A stretch of 64,000 nt of DNA, from NCBI GenBank assembly GCA_958403385.1, contig CATXXC010000003.1:51269-115268 (forward strand), read 5' to 3'. The position numbers and the translations under genes are program-made. How positions within the stretch are numbered: position 1 is the first letter of the stretch; every line of letters begins with the position of its first letter. Of this stretch, positions 55,951 to 64,000 are shown piece after piece. The notes below the pieces were generated by a model that worked only from the letters and a program-made list of their open reading frames with translations, was not told the origin of the DNA and searched no databases. This DNA comes from an uncultured Collinsella sp. (GTDB lineage: Bacteria > Actinomycetota > Coriobacteriia > Coriobacteriales > Coriobacteriaceae).

Positions 55951-56050
55951 CGCGTAGCTCCCATTCGCGTGGGGCAGTCAACACGCTTGACGAGAAGACT
56001 TGCAGTAAACGTTGGCGGATTCGTCCGCCGTATCGAAAGGAAGAATAACA

Positions 56051-57019
56051 ATGAACGCACATGATCTCATCGCCGACGCAATCGCCGAAAAGGGCGGTTT
56101 CGATAGCGTCTTCTGGGTTGCCTGCGGCGGCTCCCTCATCGACCTGCTGCCCGCCCATGAGCTGCTTAAGCGCGAGGCGACTACGTTTGCCAGTGAGGCG
56201 TATACCGCCCGCGAGTTCGATATCATGCGTCCCAAGCGCCTGGGCGAAAAGTCCCTTGTTATCGCTTGCAGCCACTCCGGCAACACTCCCGAGGTAATCG
56301 ATGCGTGCTCGATCGCCAAGGCGGCGGGCGCAACCGTTATCGCACAGACCGACAACGCCGGCTCCGGCATCGATAACGGTGAGTGGACGTGCTGGGTATA
56401 TCCGTGGGGCGAGGGAGTTCCGCAGGCGGAGGTACCCGCCGGCATCTCTTTGGCTCTCGCTGCCGAGCTCTTGGATCAGCAGGAAGGTTATGCTGACCTT
56501 GCCGATATGTACGAAGGCATCGCCAAGATGGACCGGATCCTGCCTGCGGCTCGCGAGAAGGTCAACGCCGAACTTTGCGACCGTTTCGCTGCCCTGTGCC
56601 AGGACCACAAGTTCCTGTATATCTTGGGATCCGGTCCCGTGTTTAGCCAGACCTATGGCTTCGCTATCTGCTCGCTTATGGAGATGCAGTGGCAGAGCTG
56701 CGCCTATATCCACTCCGGCGAGTACTTCCACGGCCCCTTCGAGGTGACCGAGCCCGGAGTCTTCTACTTCCTGCAGATGTCTTCCAGTGAGTGCCGAGCC
56801 ATGGATGAGCGCGCCCTCGCATTCCTCGAGACCCATACCGACACTCTTATGGTGCTCGACGCCATGGAGTACGGCATGGACCAAGTACCGGCAAGCGTTC
56901 GCGCGTTCCTTGATCCAATCCTGTTCTACGCGATGAACTGTGAGCTGCGCTCCGCTCGCGGCAAGGTGTTCGACCATCACCCGGACGTGCGTCGTTACAT
57001 GGGCATCGAGAAGTACTAG
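56051..57019 (+). CDS. SIS-domain fructosamine-6-phosphate deglycase (FrlB/FraB-like)
   Basis: Two SIS modules (VFWVACGGSLIDL.., VIACSHSGNTPE, FLYILGSGP), of FrlB-like length. Start at ATG 56051. Confidence 0.75.
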   Translation: MNAHDLIADAIAEKGGFDSVFWVACGGSLIDLLPAHELLKREATTFASEAYTAREFDIMRPKRLGEKSLVIACSHSGNTPEVIDACSIAKAAGATVIAQTDNAGSGIDNGEWTCWVYPWGEGVPQAEVPAGISLALAAELLDQQEGYADLADMYEGIAKMDRILPAAREKVNAELCDRFAALCQDHKFLYILGSGPVFSQTYGFAICSLMEMQWQSCAYIHSGEYFHGPFEVTEPGVFYFLQMSSSECRAMDERALAFLETHTDTLMVLDAMEYGMDQVPASVRAFLDPILFYAMNCELRSARGKVFDHHPDVRRYMGIEKY

Positions 57020-57117
57020 CGATTTTAGAACGGGGCGCGAAGCGCGTTGAGACGTGCGAATCCTCGCGCCTCTTCTGCTCGCCGTAGCCACGGCGGTTTA
57101 CCTGAATGGAGATAACC

Positions 57118-57990
57118 ATGGCAGCCTATCCTATAAGCGTGCTCGGCTTTGGAGACAACGTTGTCGATAAGTACGAGCATATCAAGACTATGTATCCCGG
57201 CGGCAACGCAGTCAACTTCGCCGTCTTCGCCAAGAAGCTCGGTGTCGATCGCAGCGCCTACATGGGAATCTTCGGATCAGATGAGGAGGCCGAGCACGTT
57301 ATAGCATCGCTTGAGGACGAGGGCGTCGAGCTTCTTCGCTGCCAGCAGGTCCTGGGCGTCAACGGCGCCGCTCGCGTGACCGTTGACAAGACCGGGGACC
57401 GTATCTTCCTGGGCTCCAATGAAGGCGGCATACGTGGCGACATGCGCTACGTGATAGACCGCTTCGCCGCCGAGTACGTCAGCGGCTTCGATTTGGTGCA
57501 CAGCGGCAACTACTGCTTCACCGAGCGCGAGCTCCCCAAGATCAAGGCTGCCGGTGTGCCTATCAGCTTCGACTTCTCCGATGACTCCACCGACGAGTAC
57601 TTCGAGCAGATTGCGCCATTTGTGACGTACGCCTTTATGTCCATGGGCGACGCTTCCCTGGAGGATATCAAGGCGAAGCTCGAGTGGGTGAAGGCCCTTG
57701 GCCCTCAAATCGTATGCGCGTCGCGCGGGAGCAAGGGTTCCGTCGCCTATGACGGCGAAAACTTCTACGAGCAGGGCATCAAGCCCGTGGCGCCCGAGGA
57801 GCTCAAAGACGCTATGGCGGCCGGCGATTCACTGCTGACGGCGTTTTTGGTCACCTATCTTTCCAAGAAGAAGGCCGGCGAGTGCGGCGAGGCCGCAATT
57901 CGCGAGAGCTTGGACTTCGCTGCCGGTTTTGCGGCGCAGACCTGCAAGATCGAGGGCAGTTGGGGCCACCCGCTGGTCTACGAGAACTAG
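57118..57990 (+). CDS. PfkB-family sugar kinase (fructosamine/fructoselysine kinase FrlD/FraD-like)
   Basis: GDNVVDKY...YPGGNAVNFAV N-terminal motif and a C-terminal DAMAAGDSLLTAF (PfkB DTxGAGD-type) motif. Confidence 0.78.
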   Translation: MAAYPISVLGFGDNVVDKYEHIKTMYPGGNAVNFAVFAKKLGVDRSAYMGIFGSDEEAEHVIASLEDEGVELLRCQQVLGVNGAARVTVDKTGDRIFLGSNEGGIRGDMRYVIDRFAAEYVSGFDLVHSGNYCFTERELPKIKAAGVPISFDFSDDSTDEYFEQIAPFVTYAFMSMGDASLEDIKAKLEWVKALGPQIVCASRGSKGSVAYDGENFYEQGIKPVAPEELKDAMAAGDSLLTAFLVTYLSKKKAGECGEAAIRESLDFAAGFAAQTCKIEGSWGHPLVYEN

Positions 57991-58401
57991 TTTTTTGTCG
58001 TGGCGGGGTGTCTTGGGGCGCCCCGCATTGCGTTGGGAGTCAAGATGTCCGTTCGTGCCTGCGCGGCAGGATTTTGCTGTGCCGATGTCTACCAGAATCT
58101 GGATCCCCTGGGTTGCATCCAAGGGGGCCTCTCAGGAGCGCTTCGAGGGGTGCTTCTTGAGTATATGAAGGCAAAAGGGATATGCAATCTTCATATACGG
58201 CCTTCTTTTAGAGGGCGTTGTCCTTACTCTTTCATCTCCTTGCTTCTGGACATTTTGTCTATAGGCAAGAGTCCATGGTCGAGACCATGGTGAAGTTCTG
58301 CGGCTAGTAATTACTGCATCACATATCTGTTGTTACCTGAGAGGCTCGCTTTTGCGGGCCTCTTTGCGTTGCTATGGAGCCCTGGCCTGTCGATAAATAA
58401 C

Positions 58402-58431
58402 GCGCCCGCTTGCTGGGGAGCAAGCGGGCGC
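58402..58431 (-). terminator. Hairpin downstream of pknB
   Basis: gcgcccgcttgct-gggg-agcaagcgggcgc (13-bp stem). Confidence 0.6.
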
Positions 58432-58483
58432 CGTTGAGCGAATATGTTTGCGGCCATAGCCGCTGCAGGTGATGGGTTGTCGA

Positions 58484-60430
58484 CTAGTTAGTCGTCGTGT
58501 CGGAATCGTCACCCGAGGCAGAGCCAGAAAGCGAAACCGTCAGCGTGATCGTGCTGTCGGTGGACTGCTTGCCGGTGGGGGAGACGCCCGTAACGGTGGC
58601 GTTTTCGTTGCCGCTCACGGGGTTGCCGTTCTGATCGCAGAATGCGATGTTGTAGAAACCGGCGTTGTTGAGCGCGGTGACGGCGGCGGAGATGCTCTTG
58701 CCGTACAGGTTACCCGGGACGCTGGCCTTGCCGGACTTCTTGGCGATGACGACGGTGATCGTGGCACCGGGCTTCTGCTTGCCGCTAGGGTTCCAGCTAA
58801 TTACGGTGCCCTCGGTAACCGAGTCGTTTTCCTGGTAGCTCACGTCGACGCCAAAGCCAGCCATGTCGAGAGCGTTGCGTGCCTGGGCCTCGGTCATGTC
58901 GGTCAGATCGGGGACGGAGGTGGTGTCAGGACCGCTGGAGACCTTATACGAGATGGTCGTGCCCTTCTCGACTTCCTTGCCGGCATCAGTGCCCTGCTCA
59001 AAGACCTGGCCTTCGTCGGCCTCGTTGGCCTCCTCGGTTGCGTTGCCCTTCAGGCCCACGCTTGCCAGCGCGGCCTCGGCCTGGTCCTTGGTTAGGCCGA
59101 CGAGCTGCGGAACCTCAACTTTCTCGGAGGGCTTGGGGCCCTTGGAGATCACCAGGTTCACCTTGGAGCCCTTGGGCTTCTTAGTGTTGCCGTTGGGGGT
59201 CTGCTCGGCAACCTTGCCCTCGTCGACATCGTCGTTATAGCTCTGGTCGACAGTTCCGACCTCAAGGCCGGCCTCCTTGATCAGCTCGATAGCGGTCTGC
59301 TGGTCCTTGTTAAGCACATCGGGCACCGTAACCTGCTCGCCCCCAAAGAGCCCGGTGGCGAAGGCCACCACAACGCCAACCACGGCGATTGCGGCGACTA
59401 CGGCGGCGATAATCTTGTTCTTGTTGGACTTGGGCTGATCGACCTCGTAGGAACCGGTGGAACCCGAGACGGCGCTGCGGGGGTTGGTCTGTCCGCTTAC
59501 GCCCGATACGGGGCGAACCATAGCGCGCGTGGAGTCAGACAGCTCACGGGTCTTGGTAGCGCCCAGGTCGCCCGCGGCGCCAATGATGCGCGTGGGCTCC
59601 GAGACGTTGACGGCACGGCCGGACAGGTAGCTGTTGAGCACCTGGCGCAGCTCGTCGGCCGTCTGGAAGCGGTTTGCCGGGTCCTTCTCCATGCACTTGA
59701 GGATGATGCGCTCCAGGTCGGCGTCGACGCCGGAGTTGATCTGGCTCGGCGGGATGGGGAGCTCGTTGACCTGCTTGAGCGCGACCGAGATGGCGTCGTC
59801 GCCGTCAAAGGGTACGCGGCCGGTGGCACACTCGTACATGACGACACCCAGCGAGTAGATATCCGAGGTGGGGCCGAGGTCCTGGCCGCGGGTCTGCTCG
59901 GGGCTGACGTAGTGGGCGGTGCCCAGCACGTTGTTATCCTGCGTGAGGTGGCTGTTCTTGGCGCGTGCGATGCCAAAATCCATGACCTTGATGTTGCCGT
60001 CGGGCAGCACCATGATGTTTTGCGGCTTAATGTCGCGGTGGATGATCTCGTGCTTGTGTGCGACCGAAAGCGCGGAGCTGATCTGCGAGCCGATCTGCGC
60101 GACCTTCTTGGGATCGAGGGCGCCGTGGCTCTTGATGCCGCTCTTAAGGTCGGTACCGCGCAGGTACTCCATGACGATGTAATAGGTGTCGCCGTCCTTG
60201 CCCCAATCGTAGACGCCCACGATATAGGGGGAGGAGAGGCCGGCTGCTGCCTGGGCCTCCTGCTTAAAGCGTGCGGCGAAGGTTGCGTCGCCAGCATACT
60301 GCGGCAGCATGATCTTGACGGCTACCGTGCGGTCGAGGACCTGGTCCTGTGCACGGTAGACGGTCGCCATGCCGCCTGTCCCCACCTTATCCTTGAGGAG
60401 GTATCTTCCCCCGAGGACCCTCTGTTCCAT
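58484..60430 (-). CDS. pknB: Ser/Thr protein kinase PknB with four PASTA repeats
   Basis: Hanks kinase motifs (GTGGMATVYRA, HRDIKPQNIM, DFGIARA, SPEQ), a TM helix and 4 PASTA-like repeats. Start at ATG 60430 (AGGAG 5 nt upstream) or ATG 60445. Confidence 0.93.
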   Translation of the reverse strand: MEQRVLGGRYLLKDKVGTGGMATVYRAQDQVLDRTVAVKIMLPQYAGDATFAARFKQEAQAAAGLSSPYIVGVYDWGKDGDTYYIVMEYLRGTDLKSGIKSHGALDPKKVAQIGSQISSALSVAHKHEIIHRDIKPQNIMVLPDGNIKVMDFGIARAKNSHLTQDNNVLGTAHYVSPEQTRGQDLGPTSDIYSLGVVMYECATGRVPFDGDDAISVALKQVNELPIPPSQINSGVDADLERIILKCMEKDPANRFQTADELRQVLNSYLSGRAVNVSEPTRIIGAAGDLGATKTRELSDSTRAMVRPVSGVSGQTNPRSAVSGSTGSYEVDQPKSNKNKIIAAVVAAIAVVGVVVAFATGLFGGEQVTVPDVLNKDQQTAIELIKEAGLEVGTVDQSYNDDVDEGKVAEQTPNGNTKKPKGSKVNLVISKGPKPSEKVEVPQLVGLTKDQAEAALASVGLKGNATEEANEADEGQVFEQGTDAGKEVEKGTTISYKVSSGPDTTSVPDLTDMTEAQARNALDMAGFGVDVSYQENDSVTEGTVISWNPSGKQKPGATITVVIAKKSGKASVPGNLYGKSISAAVTALNNAGFYNIAFCDQNGNPVSGNENATVTGVSPTGKQSTDSTITLTVSLSGSASGDDSDTTTN

Positions 60431-60562
60431 TCCTGCTCCTAACATAACTATTCGCTCAACGATGTGTGTAGTACCTACGATGTGGCCGCTGGGGCCGTGT
60501 GGCGCGTTGCCGCTAACTCTTCGGCCGCGGCGCGCCTCGGGTGTCCGATTCGATCATGGGCA

Positions 60563-63433
60563 TCACGCTCCCTGTGCGGCAAGCGCCGCGGTCAGGACGA
60601 TGCCGGCGATCTTAGCGGCCTCGACGTCATGCTTGTCGAAATCCTCCAAGGCCACCGAGATGGCGACCGTGGGTGAATCGTAAGGTGCAAAGCCAACGAA
60701 CATCGAGTTGACGTTGGTGCCGCCAGTCTCGGCCGAGCCGGTCTTGCCGGCAACCTTGACGCCGGGGATTTGGGCATCGGTGCCGGTGCCGGACTGGACG
60801 ACGGCAAGCATGGCCTGCTTGACCTGGTCGGCCGTGGCGGAGCTGACGGCCTGACCCAGCGAGCGGGACTGCGTGGTCTTGACCACGGTTCCGTCCGGGG
60901 CGAGTACCTGGGCTACAAAGTACGGGTCCATGATCACGCCGCTGTTAGCGATGGCGGCGGCAATCACGGCGTTTTGCATGACGGTGGTCTGCGGGCCGGG
61001 CGTGTGGTCCATGCCGACAGGCTGGCCGGCGCCGGCCCAGGCGGTCTCCCACTCGGTCATGAGCGACGGGTCGGCCATGATGGAGGCCGCGGAGGTCAGG
61101 TCCTGGCCGAGCTTTTGGCCGTAGCCAAAGGCGTTGGCAAACTGCACGAGCGTGTTTGCGCCAACTTCGTTTGCCACCTGGCCAAAGACGACGTTGGAGG
61201 ACACGGCAAAGGCCTGCTGCAGGCTGATGGTGCCGTAGCTCTCGTTGGCAGAGTTGGTGACCTGTGCGTTGCCGATGTCCATGGAGCCGGGCGCCTGGTA
61301 GGTGCTGGTAAGGCTGGCGGTACCGGTCTCGAGTGCCGCGGAAAGCGTAACGACCTTAAACGTTGAGCCCGGCGTGTACAGCGCGTCCATGGCGCGATTG
61401 TACATGGAGCCGTCCTCGCCGCCGCCCGTCTGCAGCAGGGCATCGATGTTGGTGTTGTCGTAGGTGGGCGAGCTGGCACATGCGAGCACCGCGCCGGTAC
61501 GCGGGTCGATGACCACCACAGCGCCCTTAAAGCCCTTGAGCGCCTGCTCGGCCGCCGTCTGGATGCGCGAGTCGATGGTGAGCTTGGCGGTGTTGCCCGG
61601 CTGGGTCTGGCCCGCGAGCGACGCGATGGCGTTGTTCCAGCTGGAGTAATCCTTAGAGCCGGTGAGCGTGTCGTTCATGACGCTCTCGATGGCGGTGGTG
61701 CCATACTGCTGGCTCACGTAGCCAACCACGTGCGCTGCCAGGTTACCGTTGGGGTAGGAGCGTACGTAGGTGCCGTCCTCCTGCTGCAGCGACTCGGCCA
61801 GCGTCACGCCGTCGGACGTGATGATGGAGCCGCGCTGGATGTACTTGGAGCGGGCGATGGTGTGGTTGTTGGTCGGCATGTCCTGATAGTCCTTGGCCTT
61901 AATGACCTGGACATAGGTGAGGTTGCCGATAAGGATGGCGAACAGCGCCGTAAAGGCGAGCACCGCGCGGGTTAGACGGTTGGCGAGCGCAACGCGGCCG
62001 AGCACACCGGATTCAGGCGTGTCGAGCAGGCGACGTCGCATGCGCGAGCCGACGGAATGGCTGCCGCTGCCGTAGGAAGACGAGGTGGCAAAGCGCGTGC
62101 CCGTCGGGGCGGCGGCAGATGCGACCTGATCATCGGTGATGGCGGCCATGGTGCCGGTGCCGGTAAGCTCGGCCTCGCGTCCGGTAGCCTCGTCACCGGC
62201 GCGCAGCAGGAGCGCGACGATGATAAAGCTCGCCAGCAGCGAGGAGCCGCCCTGGCTCATAAAGGGCAGGGTGACGCCGGTCAGCGGGATCAGGCGGGTG
62301 ACGCCGCCCACGATCAAAAAGGCCTGGAAGCTGATGGCTGCCGTAAGACCCGTGGCGCTAAAGGCGGCGAGGTCGGATTTAGCGCGGGCAGCTGTGGTGA
62401 GGCCACGCACGGCAAAGAGCATAAACAGGATGAGCACGGCGCCGCCGCCCAAAAGGCCCATCTCCTCGCCGATAGCCGAGAAGATAAAGTCGGACTCGAC
62501 GACAGGGATGTTGTTGGCCATGCCGTTGCCGATGCCAACACCGACCAGACCGCCATCGGCAAGCGAGAAGAGCGACTGGACGATCTGGTAGCCCTGGCCC
62601 TGGGCGTCCTTAAACGGATCGACCCAAACCTGGAAACGCACCTGAACGTGCGATAGGAACTTGTAGGCGCCCACGGCTCCGACAGCTAAGAGCGCAAGGC
62701 CGATAACGACATACGAAAAGCGCCCCGTGGCAACGTAGAGCATCAGCAAGAAGATGGTGTAGAACAGCACGGCCGAGCCCAGGTCGCGTTCGAAGACGAC
62801 GACGAGCAGGCACACACCCCACACGGCAAACAGCGGCAGCAGCAGTCGCAGACGAGGGATCTTAAAGCCCAGGATCTTGCGGTTGGAGATGGAGAGCAGC
62901 TCGCGGTTCTCGGCCAAGTAGCCGGCCAGGAACAGCACGATAAAGACCTTGGCGAACTCGCCAGGCTGGATGGTAAAGCCCGCGATGCGAATCCACAGCT
63001 TGGAGCCCGAGATCGTGGTGCCGATAAAGATGGGCAGCATCAGCAGGATGATGCCGATAATGCCAAAGGTGTACTTGTAGCGCATGACCACGTCGAGGTT
63101 TTTGACCAGTGCAAGCGTTCCCACCATCAGGGCCACCGAGACAAACAGGATGATGAGCTGTGAGATGGCGAGAGCGGGGGCGAGACGCGTCACGAACGTG
63201 ATGCCGATGCCCGAAAGTATAAATACGATGGGTAGGATGGCGGGGTCGGCGCCGGGCGCCAAGATGCGCACGGCGATATGTGCCGCGGCGAAGGCGGCAA
63301 AGAGGCCGATCGGTACGGCGAGCGTCTCAAAGGAGATGGCAGCGCCCGCGGTGAGGACGTACATCGCATACAGCAGGATGACGGGGAACGCCGAGGCGAT
63401 GAGCAAGAGCAGCTCGGTGTTGCGGCGACTCAT
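60563..63433 (-). CDS. Single ORF fusing a SEDS glycosyltransferase (RodA/FtsW) to a class B penicillin-binding protein (PbpA-type transpeptidase)
   Basis: The N-terminal ~420 aa are polytopic SEDS-like (..GFTIQPGEFAKVF.., PFMSQGGSS). After a ~60-aa linker comes a TM helix (AVLAFTALFAILIGNLTYVQV) and a transpeptidase domain (STFKVVT SxxK, SSN, KTGS). No stop between the two parts. ATG 63433 has AAAGGGAG upstream. Confidence 0.85.
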   Translation of the reverse strand: MSRRNTELLLLIASAFPVILLYAMYVLTAGAAISFETLAVPIGLFAAFAAAHIAVRILAPGADPAILPIVFILSGIGITFVTRLAPALAISQLIILFVSVALMVGTLALVKNLDVVMRYKYTFGIIGIILLMLPIFIGTTISGSKLWIRIAGFTIQPGEFAKVFIVLFLAGYLAENRELLSISNRKILGFKIPRLRLLLPLFAVWGVCLLVVVFERDLGSAVLFYTIFLLMLYVATGRFSYVVIGLALLAVGAVGAYKFLSHVQVRFQVWVDPFKDAQGQGYQIVQSLFSLADGGLVGVGIGNGMANNIPVVESDFIFSAIGEEMGLLGGGAVLILFMLFAVRGLTTAARAKSDLAAFSATGLTAAISFQAFLIVGGVTRLIPLTGVTLPFMSQGGSSLLASFIIVALLLRAGDEATGREAELTGTGTMAAITDDQVASAAAPTGTRFATSSSYGSGSHSVGSRMRRRLLDTPESGVLGRVALANRLTRAVLAFTALFAILIGNLTYVQVIKAKDYQDMPTNNHTIARSKYIQRGSIITSDGVTLAESLQQEDGTYVRSYPNGNLAAHVVGYVSQQYGTTAIESVMNDTLTGSKDYSSWNNAIASLAGQTQPGNTAKLTIDSRIQTAAEQALKGFKGAVVVIDPRTGAVLACASSPTYDNTNIDALLQTGGGEDGSMYNRAMDALYTPGSTFKVVTLSAALETGTASLTSTYQAPGSMDIGNAQVTNSANESYGTISLQQAFAVSSNVVFGQVANEVGANTLVQFANAFGYGQKLGQDLTSAASIMADPSLMTEWETAWAGAGQPVGMDHTPGPQTTVMQNAVIAAAIANSGVIMDPYFVAQVLAPDGTVVKTTQSRSLGQAVSSATADQVKQAMLAVVQSGTGTDAQIPGVKVAGKTGSAETGGTNVNSMFVGFAPYDSPTVAISVALEDFDKHDVEAAKIAGIVLTAALAAQGA

Positions 63434-63449
63434 AAGCGGCACTCCCTTT

Positions 63450-64000
63450 CTAATTCTTATCGGAGGCTTCGGCCTCGGCGGACTGTTCGGCGGTTTTCTC
63501 GGAATCTGATTCGGAGGTCGATCCCTGATTGGTGTTGTCGCGAATCGTTTGCGCGTCGATCACCTGGCGGGTCTGCTCCTCGTCGATCTGGTGGCGGTAC
63601 TTGGATATCGTGTCCTGCGCATCGTCGACACTTGTTTGCGGAATGCCCGCCTTGAGGCGGTTTTGCGTGTCTTCGGGCAGGTCGGATAGCTTGATGCTGG
63701 TTTCGCTTTCGAGCCAGTGGAGCTTGAGTCCGAGCGGCTTGCCGGGCAGGCCGCGCCAGACGGCGACATTGCCCTGGTAGGTACCCAGGTAGTACGAGCC
63801 GGTGACACCCGTGTAGGCCCAGATGCCAGCTGCCAGCACAAAGACGAGGGCCAGAATGGCGGCGATAGTAACGTTGCGGCGACGCACGCGCTGCGCCTCG
63901 CGCATAACGCCATCGTCAACCAGGTCAACGACTACTACGGTCACGTTGTCGTGGCCGCCGGCAGCAAGCGCCGCGTCCACTAGGTTGTCGACGCAGATTT
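63450..64000 (-). CDS. pstP: PP2C-family Ser/Thr phosphatase PstP, C-terminal part (5' end beyond the right window edge)
   Basis: ..GGHDNVTVVVVDL (PP2C C-terminal motif), a TM helix (VTIAAILALVFVLAAGIWAY) and an extracellular tail. Lies upstream of rodA/pbpA/pknB, as in the conserved actinobacterial cluster. Confidence 0.85.
   Translation of the reverse strand, partial: ICVDNLVDAALAAGGHDNVTVVVVDLVDDGVMREAQRVRRRNVTIAAILALVFVLAAGIWAYTGVTGSYYLGTYQGNVAVWRGLPGKPLGLKLHWLESETSIKLSDLPEDTQNRLKAGIPQTSVDDAQDTISKYRHQIDEEQTRQVIDAQTIRDNTNQGSTSESDSEKTAEQSAEAEASDKN

Overview
High-G+C Gram-positive chromosomal segment. Gene content (dnaK-grpE-dnaJ-hspR, pstP-rodA/pbpA-pknB, hyp genes, mannose-family PTS operons) suggests Actinomycetota, possibly Coriobacteriia; this is inference only. 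Left to right: hydrogenase maturation genes hypD(partial)-hypC-hypF with nikR; trxA; one intact IS200/IS605 element (tnpA+tnpB); an AgrC-like kinase/LytTR regulator pair; the NAD operon nadA-nadB-nadC-niaR with a palindromic operator. Then a visibly AT-richer ~3.2 kb insert (XRE regulator, a small wHTH-like protein, two zinc-ribbon membrane proteins) flanked by a perfect 31-bp inverted repeat. Next come a ferredoxin, the dnaK-grpE-dnaJ-hspR operon, an aconitase-family gene, clpB, a solitary AT-rich AAA+/DUF4143-like ATPase gene, membrane proteins, and a TetR regulator facing a 925-aa Fe-S flavoprotein plus hypA. These are followed by a manXYZ-manO PTS operon, tRNA-Arg(CCT) and a frameshifted Fe-ADH pseudogene. 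A lev-like locus follows (EIIB-IIC-IID-IIA + GH32) with one decayed and one intact copy of a LevR-like regulator. The window ends with an frl/fra-like Amadori-compound cluster and the cell-wall/Ser-Thr signalling block pknB, a rodA-pbpA single ORF and pstP(partial). No CRISPR array or rRNA is present. The most notable non-genic signals are two dispersed palindromic repeat families (a GGACAGG-loop hairpin family with compensatory stem changes, and a 68-bp GTTGCGGTGAAATAG-type element), a 27-nt motif shared by the dnaK and clpB promoters, and the duplicated, reciprocally decayed lev locus. Long antisense ORFs in the supplied track are treated as high-G+C artefacts. No similarity search or G+C computation was possible, so all product calls rest on motifs read from the translations.
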